The notes under the pieces were generated by a model. The model saw only the letters and a list, made by a program, of their open reading frames with translations, did not search any database and had not been told where the DNA came from. Source: Candidatus Heimdallarchaeota archaeon (lineage in GTDB: Archaea > Asgardarchaeota > Heimdallarchaeia > Heimdallarchaeales > Heimdallarchaeaceae). Taken from it: a stretch of 32,000 nt of DNA. The position numbers were made by a program, and so were the translations under genes. How positions within the stretch are numbered: the first letter of the stretch is position 1; every line of letters starts with the position of its first letter. Where the stretch lies: positions 1-32,000 of the forward strand of contig DAOVER010000006.1 of NCBI GenBank assembly GCA_030668875.1, given 5' to 3'. Positions 1 through 7,531 of this stretch are shown piece after piece.

Positions 1-145
1 AAAAGAGAAGTTTGTTTGCTTTTTTCAATTCACTTTTTATCAAAAAATTTGCTCGATTATAGAGATTTTTTGCTTGATGACAGATTCTGCTCAGTGCTGG
101 ATGATACGTCACTTCTATACGTTCTGCACGCAGTACCTTTGCCAT
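1..145 (-). CDS. tnpB: IS200/IS605-family RNA-guided endonuclease TnpB, N-terminus only (runs off the window edge)
   Basis: Not in the ORF track. Manual translation from ATG at 145: MAKVLRAERIEVTYHPALSRICHQAKNLYNRANFLIKSELKKANKLLF, matching the TnpB N-terminal pattern (L..LC..AKNLYN.ANY.I). Purine-rich AAGAAGG directly upstream. Confidence 0.8.
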   Translation of the reverse strand, partial: MAKVLRAERIEVTYHPALSRICHQAKNLYNRANFLIKSELKKANKLLF

Positions 146-882
146 CCTTCTTTAACCCAGAGTTTACTATAAAAACACCCGTACTATCTCTCTCTTACTC
201 GGTTTCCAACCTAAGAAGACAAAAAGACAAAAGGATATTCATAATTTAAAGAAACACTTGTTGGATAGTCTCTGAATATAGCACCTTCTGTGAATTTCTG
301 TTAAAACACTCATATCAACAAATATGATTTTTATCATACCTTCTTGTATTGTCTACTATCTTGTAAACTGGAGATGCTCCCAGGTAATCCACTTTGAAAA
401 AGATGATCTACAAGTTTAATTTTAACAAAATTCTGGGGTTGATTCAAATCCTGGAAGAAATTTATTTCACTGAACGGAAAAACTAACAAAAAATAAAACG
501 GAGAAATTTTTAAGACAGTCTCTAGATTAATTCTGTTGTCACTACACAAACGGGGGCAGTACTCAAGATAATGTATACAGTTTTTTACATCAGAATTATA
601 ATTTTTAGTTTTCGCTTTTTGTTCCAACACAAGCACATTTCACTAGAGGAACTTTGTCAATTATAAAGATTATGGATTACCACGATTTGAAATTTAAGAG
701 ACACTTTTACAAGGACTTGCAAAAAGAGATAAAAAAAGAACAAAAAGTTGGAAATCATAAGACAGGATAAAAACAGGTGCTTATGCTGGTTTTCCTGCCC
801 GATGTTTCCTCACCCAATAATTTCAACACATGAAAAATAACAAAATTTTTACTTCAGTATTTTTGGCGTTAATGCTTTGTAG

Positions 883-916
883 TAGGGAAATGTTGGTCTT
901 GATAACATTTTTCCTA
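883..916 (+). other. Stem-loop with a 9-nt loop containing CTTG|AT; candidate rolling-circle nick site (oriIS/dso)
   Basis: TAGGGAAATGTT-GGTCTTGAT-AACATTTTTCCTA: perfect 7-bp inner stem (888-894/904-910), extended through one G-T pair and one bulge. Function is inferred. Confidence 0.4.
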
Positions 917-1706
917 ACCTCTTTTATTGGGATGAGTATAAATTAATTTCAAAGTATATAATAATTCTTATAGAAAAGAGTAAAAATGACATGTATTTAG
1001 TTAAAAAAGTACTATTTTTCACATAAATCGTACAGTTTTTCACGTAAATTAGACAATTTTAAGACTACTATCAGAATAATCAAAATTTGGCAATTACTTG
1101 AACAAGAAAGGCAGAAAGGAAAGATTAACAATCTTTAAACAATGCGAATCCACAATATTCCTAGCCTATATAGGTATCCTATCGGATTAGACGGATTCTC
1201 GGATTCTTCTGGGTAGAGTACAATATTTTTATATCTCTATGCTGGAAATCGGAAAAATTTCCGGTAGTCTCTTTTTAGATCCTTATTTCTGTCTCACCCT
1301 ATTGTATTACCCCCTCTCATCTCAAGTCCTTCGTCTGATGTCCTCTCATCTTGTGTTCTATTCACTCGACACACAACCTAAACCGATGGAATACCGACTT
1401 GTTACCCAAAAATGAGTTAAACTACAAAAAAACGTTATACTACTGTATATCTATTCAATACCGATATGTCGGGATTGACGAGCTGTAAAGGTATCAAAAA
1501 CAACGTTTAAACTGCCTTAACCCTCTTGTCTGTCCAAAAGTAAGCAAACATACAAAGTAATTCTTAACTGTGATGAGAGGACATTATGATAAGTTAATGA
1601 TAACTAACATACAAAAAGATGTAACCAAGAAGAAAGAATAACAAAAGATTAAATTGGCTCTAATTGAGAAATAGATAACACCCTGTAAAGAAAATTAAGG
1701 TTTTAA

Positions 1707-1726
1707 TTGTTGGAAATTTCCAACAA
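1707..1726. repeat. Perfect 20-bp palindrome TTGTTGGAAATTTCCAACAA
   Basis: Read directly; overlaps a small hairpin AATTAA-GGTT-TTAATT (1693-1708). Confidence 0.95.
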
Positions 1727-1736
1727 CCTGGGAAGG

Positions 1737-1768
1737 ATCATATGTCAGATATCATATGTCAGATATCA
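1737..1768 (+). repeat. 14-nt tandem repeat (ATCATATGTCAGAT x2 plus partial ATCA)
   Basis: Read directly. Confidence 0.95.
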
Positions 1769-1795
1769 AAATAAAAGCTGTTAAAAGAGTATTTT

Positions 1796-2058
1796 CAAAG
1801 TAACAAAGGTAACAAAGAATCCAAAGTAACTTTATAACCCCTCTTTTGTGGATATTCTTTAGAATACTCGAGGGAAACAAGACAGAGAGGAAATATAAGA
1901 AAAAATATTTTAGAGCTCATAAAGTGATAAAACTGCTTTGGATTCGTGAGATTCGTTGTTAATTTTTACTTTGGTATTTGGTACATTTGGTACGTTTTTA
2001 CTTGGGAGTCTTGGGAGTCTTGGGTGTTTTGGAAAGTGTATGTTCTTAGTGTTCTTAG
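1796..2058 (+). repeat. Cluster of different short tandem repeats with 7-9 nt period
   Basis: CAAAG at 1796/1804/1813/1822; GATTCGT at 1941/1950; TTTGGTA at 1970/1977/1986; CTTGGG at 2001/2010/2019; TGTTCTTAG at 2041/2050. A further set, CGGATT, lies at 1183/1192/1200. Confidence 0.9.
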
Positions 2059-2302
2059 TAATCTTTGAAATGTAGGATATCAAGACATTTTAAAACAATT
2101 AACAAAGTATCAAAAACTATCTCTAAAGGCATTTTGTCGGAATGGTTTAGTATTCAACACACAAAACAAAATCGTTAGAATTAGAGTATAAAATCATTTT
2201 AGTAAAAAAACTACACAAAATTACCTTTTTGAGAGAAAACCGAAATTAGTTATAAAATCAAAGTTTTATTTACATGTTAATTTAGAGTCTACTATTTACA
2301 GT

Positions 2303-2329
2303 AAAAAAGAAAGAAAAAAGAAAAAAAGA
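2303..2329 (-). terminator. Oligo-T tract ending the element operon (archaeal-type terminator)
   Basis: Long T-rich run on the minus strand immediately after the stop codon at 2330-2332. Confidence 0.55.
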
Positions 2330-2503
2330 TTAATATTCGTGTTTATCTGGTTTTAGTCTCTTTCTACAATCTTCACAATATTGTTTTTTGTCAGATAAGA
2401 AAATATTAACATGTTCATTTTGTGGGATCGTTTTACCACAACCATCACAGACGTTTGTCGTTGTCTTCTTGTAATCATCATAAGACATTATATCGGGTTT
2501 CAT
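2330..2503 (-). CDS. 57-aa zinc-finger microprotein (CxxC...CxxC)
   Basis: Below the ORF-track cutoff. MKPDIMSYDDYKKTTTNVCDGCGKTIPQNEHVNIFLSDKKQYCEDCRKRLKPDKHEY; GAGGTGA SD upstream. Confidence 0.75.
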   Translation of the reverse strand: MKPDIMSYDDYKKTTTNVCDGCGKTIPQNEHVNIFLSDKKQYCEDCRKRLKPDKHEY

Positions 2504-2525
2504 TTTTTCACCTCGGTTTTATTTT

Positions 2526-3056
2526 TCATTTTTCCCACAATCCTTTTTTTATCAATTTGAAAATTAATTTTGCTTCTATTTTGGCATCTTCAAGAGCTCT
2601 ATGTGGTTCAATGATACCCATGTTAAAAAAATTTAAAGATTCTTGAACACTAGGCCATTTGAAGTTTTCAAATCCACTATCTATTTTTAAAACATTTGTC
2701 AAAATCAGCATTGGATCCCCGGTCTTGTTTTCAAAATAAAAATGTCTATCAGATAAAAATCCAAAGTCAAAAGCTTGGTTGTAAGAAGTACAGTTAAACT
2801 TGTTAAATAGTTTCTGCAGATCCTTTCTAATTTCTTCTATTGAACTACCAAAATTTATAACATCTTCATGTTTTAGGTCGCTATTTTTAAAAATCCATGA
2901 ATCAGCAGGAATAATTGGGTGTTCTTTTATCAACGAGTGAAATTTTTCTTTTATTTTTCCGTTCCTGGTATTTAATAAAACGGCTGCAATTTCTACAATA
3001 AAATCATTGAAAGGGCATAATCCTGTTGTTTCGATATCAATTACTAGTATTTTCAT
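2526..3056 (-). CDS. DEDDh 3'-5' exonuclease (DnaQ/Pol III epsilon-like)
   Basis: ExoI DIETTG, ExoII YNQAFD, ExoIII HRALEDA; GAGGTGA SD upstream. Confidence 0.92.
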   Translation of the reverse strand: MKILVIDIETTGLCPFNDFIVEIAAVLLNTRNGKIKEKFHSLIKEHPIIPADSWIFKNSDLKHEDVINFGSSIEEIRKDLQKLFNKFNCTSYNQAFDFGFLSDRHFYFENKTGDPMLILTNVLKIDSGFENFKWPSVQESLNFFNMGIIEPHRALEDAKIEAKLIFKLIKKGLWEK

Positions 3057-3095
3057 TTTTTCACCTCTGTTTGATTTTTTTTATTATGTGTTAAA

Positions 3096-3299
3096 TCACG
3101 AAGATTCACAATCTCCATGAGTAATAGTATTCACAGGAACAATTTTCAATTTAAAATCTAATTTCATAATATTTTTCAACAATGCTTCAATTCGTTCTTT
3201 TGAGAAGTTCATTGTTTCACCCTTTTCTCTCAATTCAGCGATAATTTTCATTTCTGGTGCATTTGCATTTTTCATTGAATCTTTTATTGACATTAACAT
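3096..3299 (-). CDS. Hypothetical 67-aa protein
   Basis: The ORF-track GTG at 3311 lies inside the SD (GAGGTGA); the ATG at 3299 is correctly spaced from it. Confidence 0.65.
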   Translation of the reverse strand: MLMSIKDSMKNANAPEMKIIAELREKGETMNFSKERIEALLKNIMKLDFKLKIVPVNTITHGDCESS

Positions 3300-3345
3300 T
3301 TTATTTTTCACCTCTGTTTAATTTTTTCCTTATTCGCAATATTTT

Positions 3346-3507
3346 CTATTCTCCCATGAAAATTTTATATTTCAAGCAAAAACCGGGAGTATTTATTTCA
3401 ATCAGATCAGTAATTGTATTTTGAAGTATGTCTGAATCTTCATCATTTTTTATTTTATCTCGAAGAATTGTAAGTAAAGTTATTATTTCAAAACCATCCA
3501 TTTCCAT
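3346..3507 (-). CDS. Hypothetical 53-aa protein
   Basis: Not in the track. MEMDGFEIITLLTILRDKIKNDEDSDILQNTITDLIEINTPGFCLKYKIFMGE; GGGGGTGA SD; fills the operon gap. Confidence 0.65.
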   Translation of the reverse strand: MEMDGFEIITLLTILRDKIKNDEDSDILQNTITDLIEINTPGFCLKYKIFMGE

Positions 3508-3508
3508 T

Positions 3509-3679
3509 TTATTTTTCACCCCCGAGAAACCATTTTTCTATTTTCCATTTTTCCGCACAATACAGTTTATTTTTACAGTTCTGACATTGCTCGGAATAAA
3601 AAGTAATTTTTGAACAAGTATGAATTTTAATTTTTTGTGATGCAGGGAGATCACTAAAAGATAATTTTAATTTACTCAT
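3509..3679 (-). CDS. 56-aa Cys-rich microprotein
   Basis: Not in the track. MSKLKLSFSDLPASQKIKIHTCSKITFYSEQCQNCKNKLYCAEKWKIEKWFLGGEK; start overlaps the upstream stop (ATGAGTAA), stop lies 1 nt before the next ATG. Confidence 0.65.
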   Translation of the reverse strand: MSKLKLSFSDLPASQKIKIHTCSKITFYSEQCQNCKNKLYCAEKWKIEKWFLGGEK

Positions 3680-3971
3680 TTTGATCACAAGGAAACCATT
3701 TTTCTTTAACCAAACCGCTTTTTACTTTTAAATCTCTCTTGATTAACCATAGTGGCTTATAATTATGTTCTTCAAAACAAGGAAGACAAAGTATTTCTGA
3801 TTTTTTCAGACACCATTCACCAGGTGGTTTGAGTTTCAAACACATCATACACAATCTTTCACAATGACATTTTTCTGCCAAAGAACAACTATCACAAATA
3901 TAGGTTTCTTCTTCATTCATTTTTTCTTCATTTTCAATCATTTTTTTAACCTTTAAATTATCCAACCCCAA
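3672..3971 (-). CDS. Cys-rich (probable multi-zinc) small protein; true start may be ATG 3941
   Basis: CDSC, CHC, CMMC, CLPC motifs; couples with the rep stop and the next start. Confidence 0.7.
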   Translation of the reverse strand: MGLDNLKVKKMIENEEKMNEEETYICDSCSLAEKCHCERLCMMCLKLKPPGEWCLKKSEILCLPCFEEHNYKPLWLIKRDLKVKSGLVKEKWFPCDQNE

Positions 3972-5226
3972 CCGTTTTTAATCCATTCTTATACATTTCC
4001 CAAGTTTCGGATTCACATTGGATTGCTAAAAGAACTTTATCAGTAAATTCCATTTTTGTGGCATCTACACAAGTCATATTTAGAGGAGTTACGCATTTTG
4101 GACAAACCCAGATATATTTTTTATCCATTTTGAGTAAACTATCAAAATCTTTTGGAAAAAGATATTTTAGAATTTTTCCTCTTTGAGTATTACAAAGGAA
4201 ACCGAACCATCTGATACGTTGAAAACGTTTTTTATAATCAGTATGATACCAAAACCATGACTCTTCTTTCTGTGTGAGTTTATAGGCTGCTCCCTTATCT
4301 TTCAACCATTCATTAATATCTAAAATACTACCTCGAGAAATGTATTTACTCCAATGAGAAATTTTTGATTTTTTATTACTCCATTCATAATAAAAATTTA
4401 CGGGTTTATCATAACCGATAATTTCCGCCCAAATCCTGCGCATTTCATTTAACTGTTCTTTGGATTTAAAAACCCTAAATTGTTGAATTGTATAATCTAC
4501 TGTAATTTTTCGAGAATTATCAAGACTAGTCACAGTAACGGGATTAAAGACAAAAGAGGGAGTCAAAACATGAACGTGCCAATGTGGTTTAGATAAAGGT
4601 GATTTATCTAAAGGATTAGTGATTCGCTTATTATCACCCCAAGAATGCCAAGAATGAACTCTTTTAACACCACCAACCTTTTCACCAAAACAACGTTTTA
4701 CAAATTCTCGAGAATGTACATGTATCTGGGATTCAATGTCTTCTTTTGAGAGATCCGTTAAAGAAAAATAATCTTCAGGATAAGTTAAAATTGTTTGACT
4801 AACATAAGATTCAGGAACAAGAGTTAAAGTATCAAAAATTGAACGCCCCCTGAAATGAGAACGCCTTCTATTGCAAACGGGACAATGATTCCTCTCACGG
4901 CAAAAATGAGGTATGGCGACTTGTTTTCCACATCCATCGCAAATTTTACCAAATCCCCATTTAATACATTGGTCATTCTCAGTTAAGATTCTAATTTGTG
5001 GAGATATGTGATATATTTTGAGATTATCGCTTTTAAATTGATATTTTTTTTCACCAGAGATAATTTTTTCAAATTCGAGAGCTCTATCATATACTTCTTG
5101 TCGATGATGGTCAAGGAGAGATTTCAAATTCTCATGTTGGAAAAAGAGTTTTGCGTACTCTGTTCTATCATGTTTTCTTAAAATGGCTTCTAATTCATCT
5201 GGATGTGCTTTTTCAGATAGATTCAA
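3958..5226 (-). CDS. IS91/ISCR-like HUH endonuclease (rolling-circle transposase or Rep), single catalytic Tyr
   Basis: Zn-binding C...GFG..CDGC...C...HCPVC..RR; motif I-like ILTYP; HSWG...PHWHVHVL (HUH); WSKYISRG (Y1); C-terminal FQRIRWFGFLCN..R and CPKC, collinear with IS91/ISCR transposases. TTG start with GGGGGTG SD. Confidence 0.8.
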   Translation of the reverse strand: MNLSEKAHPDELEAILRKHDRTEYAKLFFQHENLKSLLDHHRQEVYDRALEFEKIISGEKKYQFKSDNLKIYHISPQIRILTENDQCIKWGFGKICDGCGKQVAIPHFCRERNHCPVCNRRRSHFRGRSIFDTLTLVPESYVSQTILTYPEDYFSLTDLSKEDIESQIHVHSREFVKRCFGEKVGGVKRVHSWHSWGDNKRITNPLDKSPLSKPHWHVHVLTPSFVFNPVTVTSLDNSRKITVDYTIQQFRVFKSKEQLNEMRRIWAEIIGYDKPVNFYYEWSNKKSKISHWSKYISRGSILDINEWLKDKGAAYKLTQKEESWFWYHTDYKKRFQRIRWFGFLCNTQRGKILKYLFPKDFDSLLKMDKKYIWVCPKCVTPLNMTCVDATKMEFTDKVLLAIQCESETWEMYKNGLKTVGVG

Positions 5227-5681
5227 AACAGTACACCCCCGAGAAAAATTATAGAAACAAAGTATCCTTCTAATAAGAAAGGGATAGATTCTAAAAAGAT
5301 AGGTATGTTTTGAACAGATACAAAAACACCCATATTTACTAACTTTTCACTAAAACTGAAAAAGGGCAAACAATAGAAGAATCGTGAAGGAGAACGTCTT
5401 AAAATGAATTGATAAGAAGGTAGGACAAAATAAGAAGTTCTCCCTTATCGAAAAGTGGGTTTTCAGAATATAGACTAGACCTTACAAGAAGATAGCCATA
5501 TTCCTCAATCCGAATGAGGTTTTTTGCTAATATGTGTTTCACCTGAAGGGTTCAATTTGAAGATTATTTGCTTGTATTGACAATGTAATAAAAGAACTGG
5601 AAAAACTTTGATAATAGTACAAAACTTCTTATCTCCTATTTAAGTATTGAAACCAGATTTATTTGTTGGAAAGGTTCTTCT

Positions 5682-6737
5682 ATGCCGACTATTGTAAAAT
5701 ATGAAAAAGGGGTTAAATTAGTTAAAAAACCAGAAAATCTTTCCTTTATAGCTGACCCTACCACAAACGCAGCATCACAAGGCAGTCATGCAACTTTCAT
5801 AACACATGCTCATACTGATCATTCTGTAGCTTTTCCTGATGTAGCAACTAAGGTTTACTCCACAAAAGTAGCAAGTGAGTTGTATGAAAAACTAACCACA
5901 AAAAAACCAAAAAACACTCACTACGTTAATTTTGGAAAGACACAGAAAATAGAAGATATAGATGTAAAATTCATTCCCGCAGGTCATCTATTAGGAGCAG
6001 CGCAGATATTATTCTATTTTCCTGATATGACGGTTTGTTATACTGGTGATATCAGTACAGAGGAAATGATAACCGTACCAAAAGCTACAATTCCGGACGA
6101 CGATATTGATATTTTGATTACCGAAGCAACCTATGGAACAAAAGATCTTTATTTTGATACAAGAGAAAGAACAAAAATATCTCTTCTAAAATGGATTGCA
6201 GAAAGCTTACAAGAAAAACGCACCCCAGTTATTAACTTAGGTCATCTTGGACCAGCACAGGAGACTATAGCTTTCCTAAATAGCATGCTTTCAGTTGATA
6301 TCCTTTGCGATACTAGAACTAGTAGAATTAATCAAACTTACAAGAATAATAACATATCATTAAATTGGGAAAATTTTGAAGAGACTGATGTAAGTATATT
6401 TGAACCAGAAAATACTATTGTGCTCTTACCCCGAGCATGTAACAATCTTCCTTCCTTTTTAGATGGTTATAAAGTTTCAAGGGGAATGGTAACAGGGCAA
6501 GCAGCAAGATTCGCTTATAGAAAATTCGATCATACATTTCCTTTTTCCATGCACGCCAATAGTCAAGAACTTGTTAATCATGCGGAGAAAATCCAACCAA
6601 AAAAGGTGTATACTCTATATGGGTTCGACTCTGAACTGGCAGCGTTGATTAGACACCAATTAAAAATTCCGTCTAGACCATTAAAATTTGCAGAGAAAAA
6701 ACCAACGCTAGATGAATATCTAAACGAAAACAAATAA
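5682..6737 (+). CDS. Metallo-beta-lactamase fold, beta-CASP family nuclease
   Basis: THAHTDH, AGHLLGA, YTGD, TEATYG, C-terminal FSMHAN. Confidence 0.8.
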   Translation: MPTIVKYEKGVKLVKKPENLSFIADPTTNAASQGSHATFITHAHTDHSVAFPDVATKVYSTKVASELYEKLTTKKPKNTHYVNFGKTQKIEDIDVKFIPAGHLLGAAQILFYFPDMTVCYTGDISTEEMITVPKATIPDDDIDILITEATYGTKDLYFDTRERTKISLLKWIAESLQEKRTPVINLGHLGPAQETIAFLNSMLSVDILCDTRTSRINQTYKNNNISLNWENFEETDVSIFEPENTIVLLPRACNNLPSFLDGYKVSRGMVTGQAARFAYRKFDHTFPFSMHANSQELVNHAEKIQPKKVYTLYGFDSELAALIRHQLKIPSRPLKFAEKKPTLDEYLNENK

Positions 6738-6760
6738 AATGGAATTTGGAAAAAGGGAAA

Positions 6761-7252
6761 TTATAATAAATACTCGCCTTCTTCTTCGGCTTTTTCTGTC
6801 GATTTTTCAATCACTCGAACTGCATCACCAGATATTTTTACTGGAATTTGTAAATCCATGGCTAGAAGTTCAACGGTTACTTCTTCTTTTCCTACGTTTA
6901 TATCTATGACTCTTGCTCTTGATCCTTTGAATGGTCCGCTAATGACCTCAACAATGTCATAAATATCTACACCTTCTATAACAGGTCTTGGTATTAGAAA
7001 GTGGTCTAATTGTTCGATTGGAATTTCTTCAGCTCGAGAAGCTCTAGGTCTTTTACGAACATGTCTCATTCCTTCTACTAGAATTTCTACTTCATCTATT
7101 GATTCAGCTTCAACGAAAATATACCCTTTTAACCCTCCGGGCACTAATACGGAATAGATTTTAAGATGAGGACGGAGTTCAGCTTTACGAGCTAAGTGTT
7201 CACTTAAAGATTGTTCTTGACCCATTGTTGTTCTAAGAGCATATATTGGCAT
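6761..7252 (-). CDS. spt5: Transcription elongation factor Spt5 (archaeal NusG)
   Basis: NGN domain (YALRTTMGQE, LKGYIFVEA) plus KOW (VEVISGPFKGSRARV). Confidence 0.95.
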   Translation of the reverse strand: MPIYALRTTMGQEQSLSEHLARKAELRPHLKIYSVLVPGGLKGYIFVEAESIDEVEILVEGMRHVRKRPRASRAEEIPIEQLDHFLIPRPVIEGVDIYDIVEVISGPFKGSRARVIDINVGKEEVTVELLAMDLQIPVKISGDAVRVIEKSTEKAEEEGEYLL

Positions 7253-7266
7253 ATCATCACTTCTTT

Positions 7267-7467
7267 TTATGCAATTCCACTAATTGCGCTTATAAGCGCA
7301 TTAAATAGTAAGCTAAGTACGTATCCAATTGCTCCAATTACCAATACACCTAATGCACTCATTTTAGTTGTAATAGATAATTCTCGCCTAGTTGGAAGTT
7401 TAGCATGACGTAATAAGCGTTTGCTACTAGAAATGAAATCTCTTGTTTTGTGTATGGCCTTACTCAT
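7267..7467 (-). CDS. secE: Protein translocase subunit SecE/Sec61gamma
   Basis: RLLRHAKLPTRRE...GVLVIGAIGY; single TM segment; adjacent to spt5. Confidence 0.9.
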   Translation of the reverse strand: MSKAIHKTRDFISSSKRLLRHAKLPTRRELSITTKMSALGVLVIGAIGYVLSLLFNALISAISGIA

Positions 7468-7531
7468 TGATTCTTCCTCACAAACTTAATGTACTCATTG
7501 ATTTTTTAATTGTTCTGTTAATGAACTCCGT

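Larger units (their letters stand above)
902..5574 (-). mobile_element. Putative rolling-circle (IS91/ISCR-like HUH) mobile element with a passenger operon; boundaries tentative
   Basis: HUH transposase/Rep 3958-5226 followed by six tightly packed co-directional genes with shared SD cassettes, a repeat-rich non-coding arm and a candidate nick hairpin at 883-916. The right end is a guess (CTTG at 5571-5574 or GTTC at 5550-5553/5437-5440). No integrase or TSD seen. Confidence 0.55.

Noticed and set aside
16-249. 77-aa plus-strand ORF
   Set aside because: Antisense shadow of the tnpB 5' end and its upstream region.
334-636. 100-aa minus-strand ORF, considered as a possible tnpA
   Set aside because: No HUH/Y1 or serine-recombinase motif, TTG start without SD, composition not convincingly coding.
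600-945. Plus-strand frame with protein-like stretches broken by TAA/TAG (possible pseudogene or stop-codon reassignment)
   Set aside because: No recognisable family; TAA is the normal stop of neighbouring genes, so recoding is unsupported.
1690-2060. CRISPR array
   Set aside because: Repeat units are 5-14 nt without unique 30-40 nt spacers; no cas genes.
2422-2646. Short antisense ORFs in the track (e.g. 2422-2646, 3428-3613, 4996-5181, 7211-7408, 9512-9742, 14917-15147, 23934-24137, 30059-30358, 31263-31499)
   Set aside because: They lie opposite well-supported genes and carry no motifs of their own.
171-5331. AAAAACACCC at 171-180 and ~5322-5331 as att sites or a TSD
   Set aside because: Only 10 nt in AT-rich DNA, no integrase, and the left copy lies in the tnpB promoter region.
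5682-6737. beta-CASP nuclease as part of the mobile element or a defence system
   Set aside because: Opposite strand to the element operon, lacks its SD cassette, and abuts spt5; more simply a host gene.
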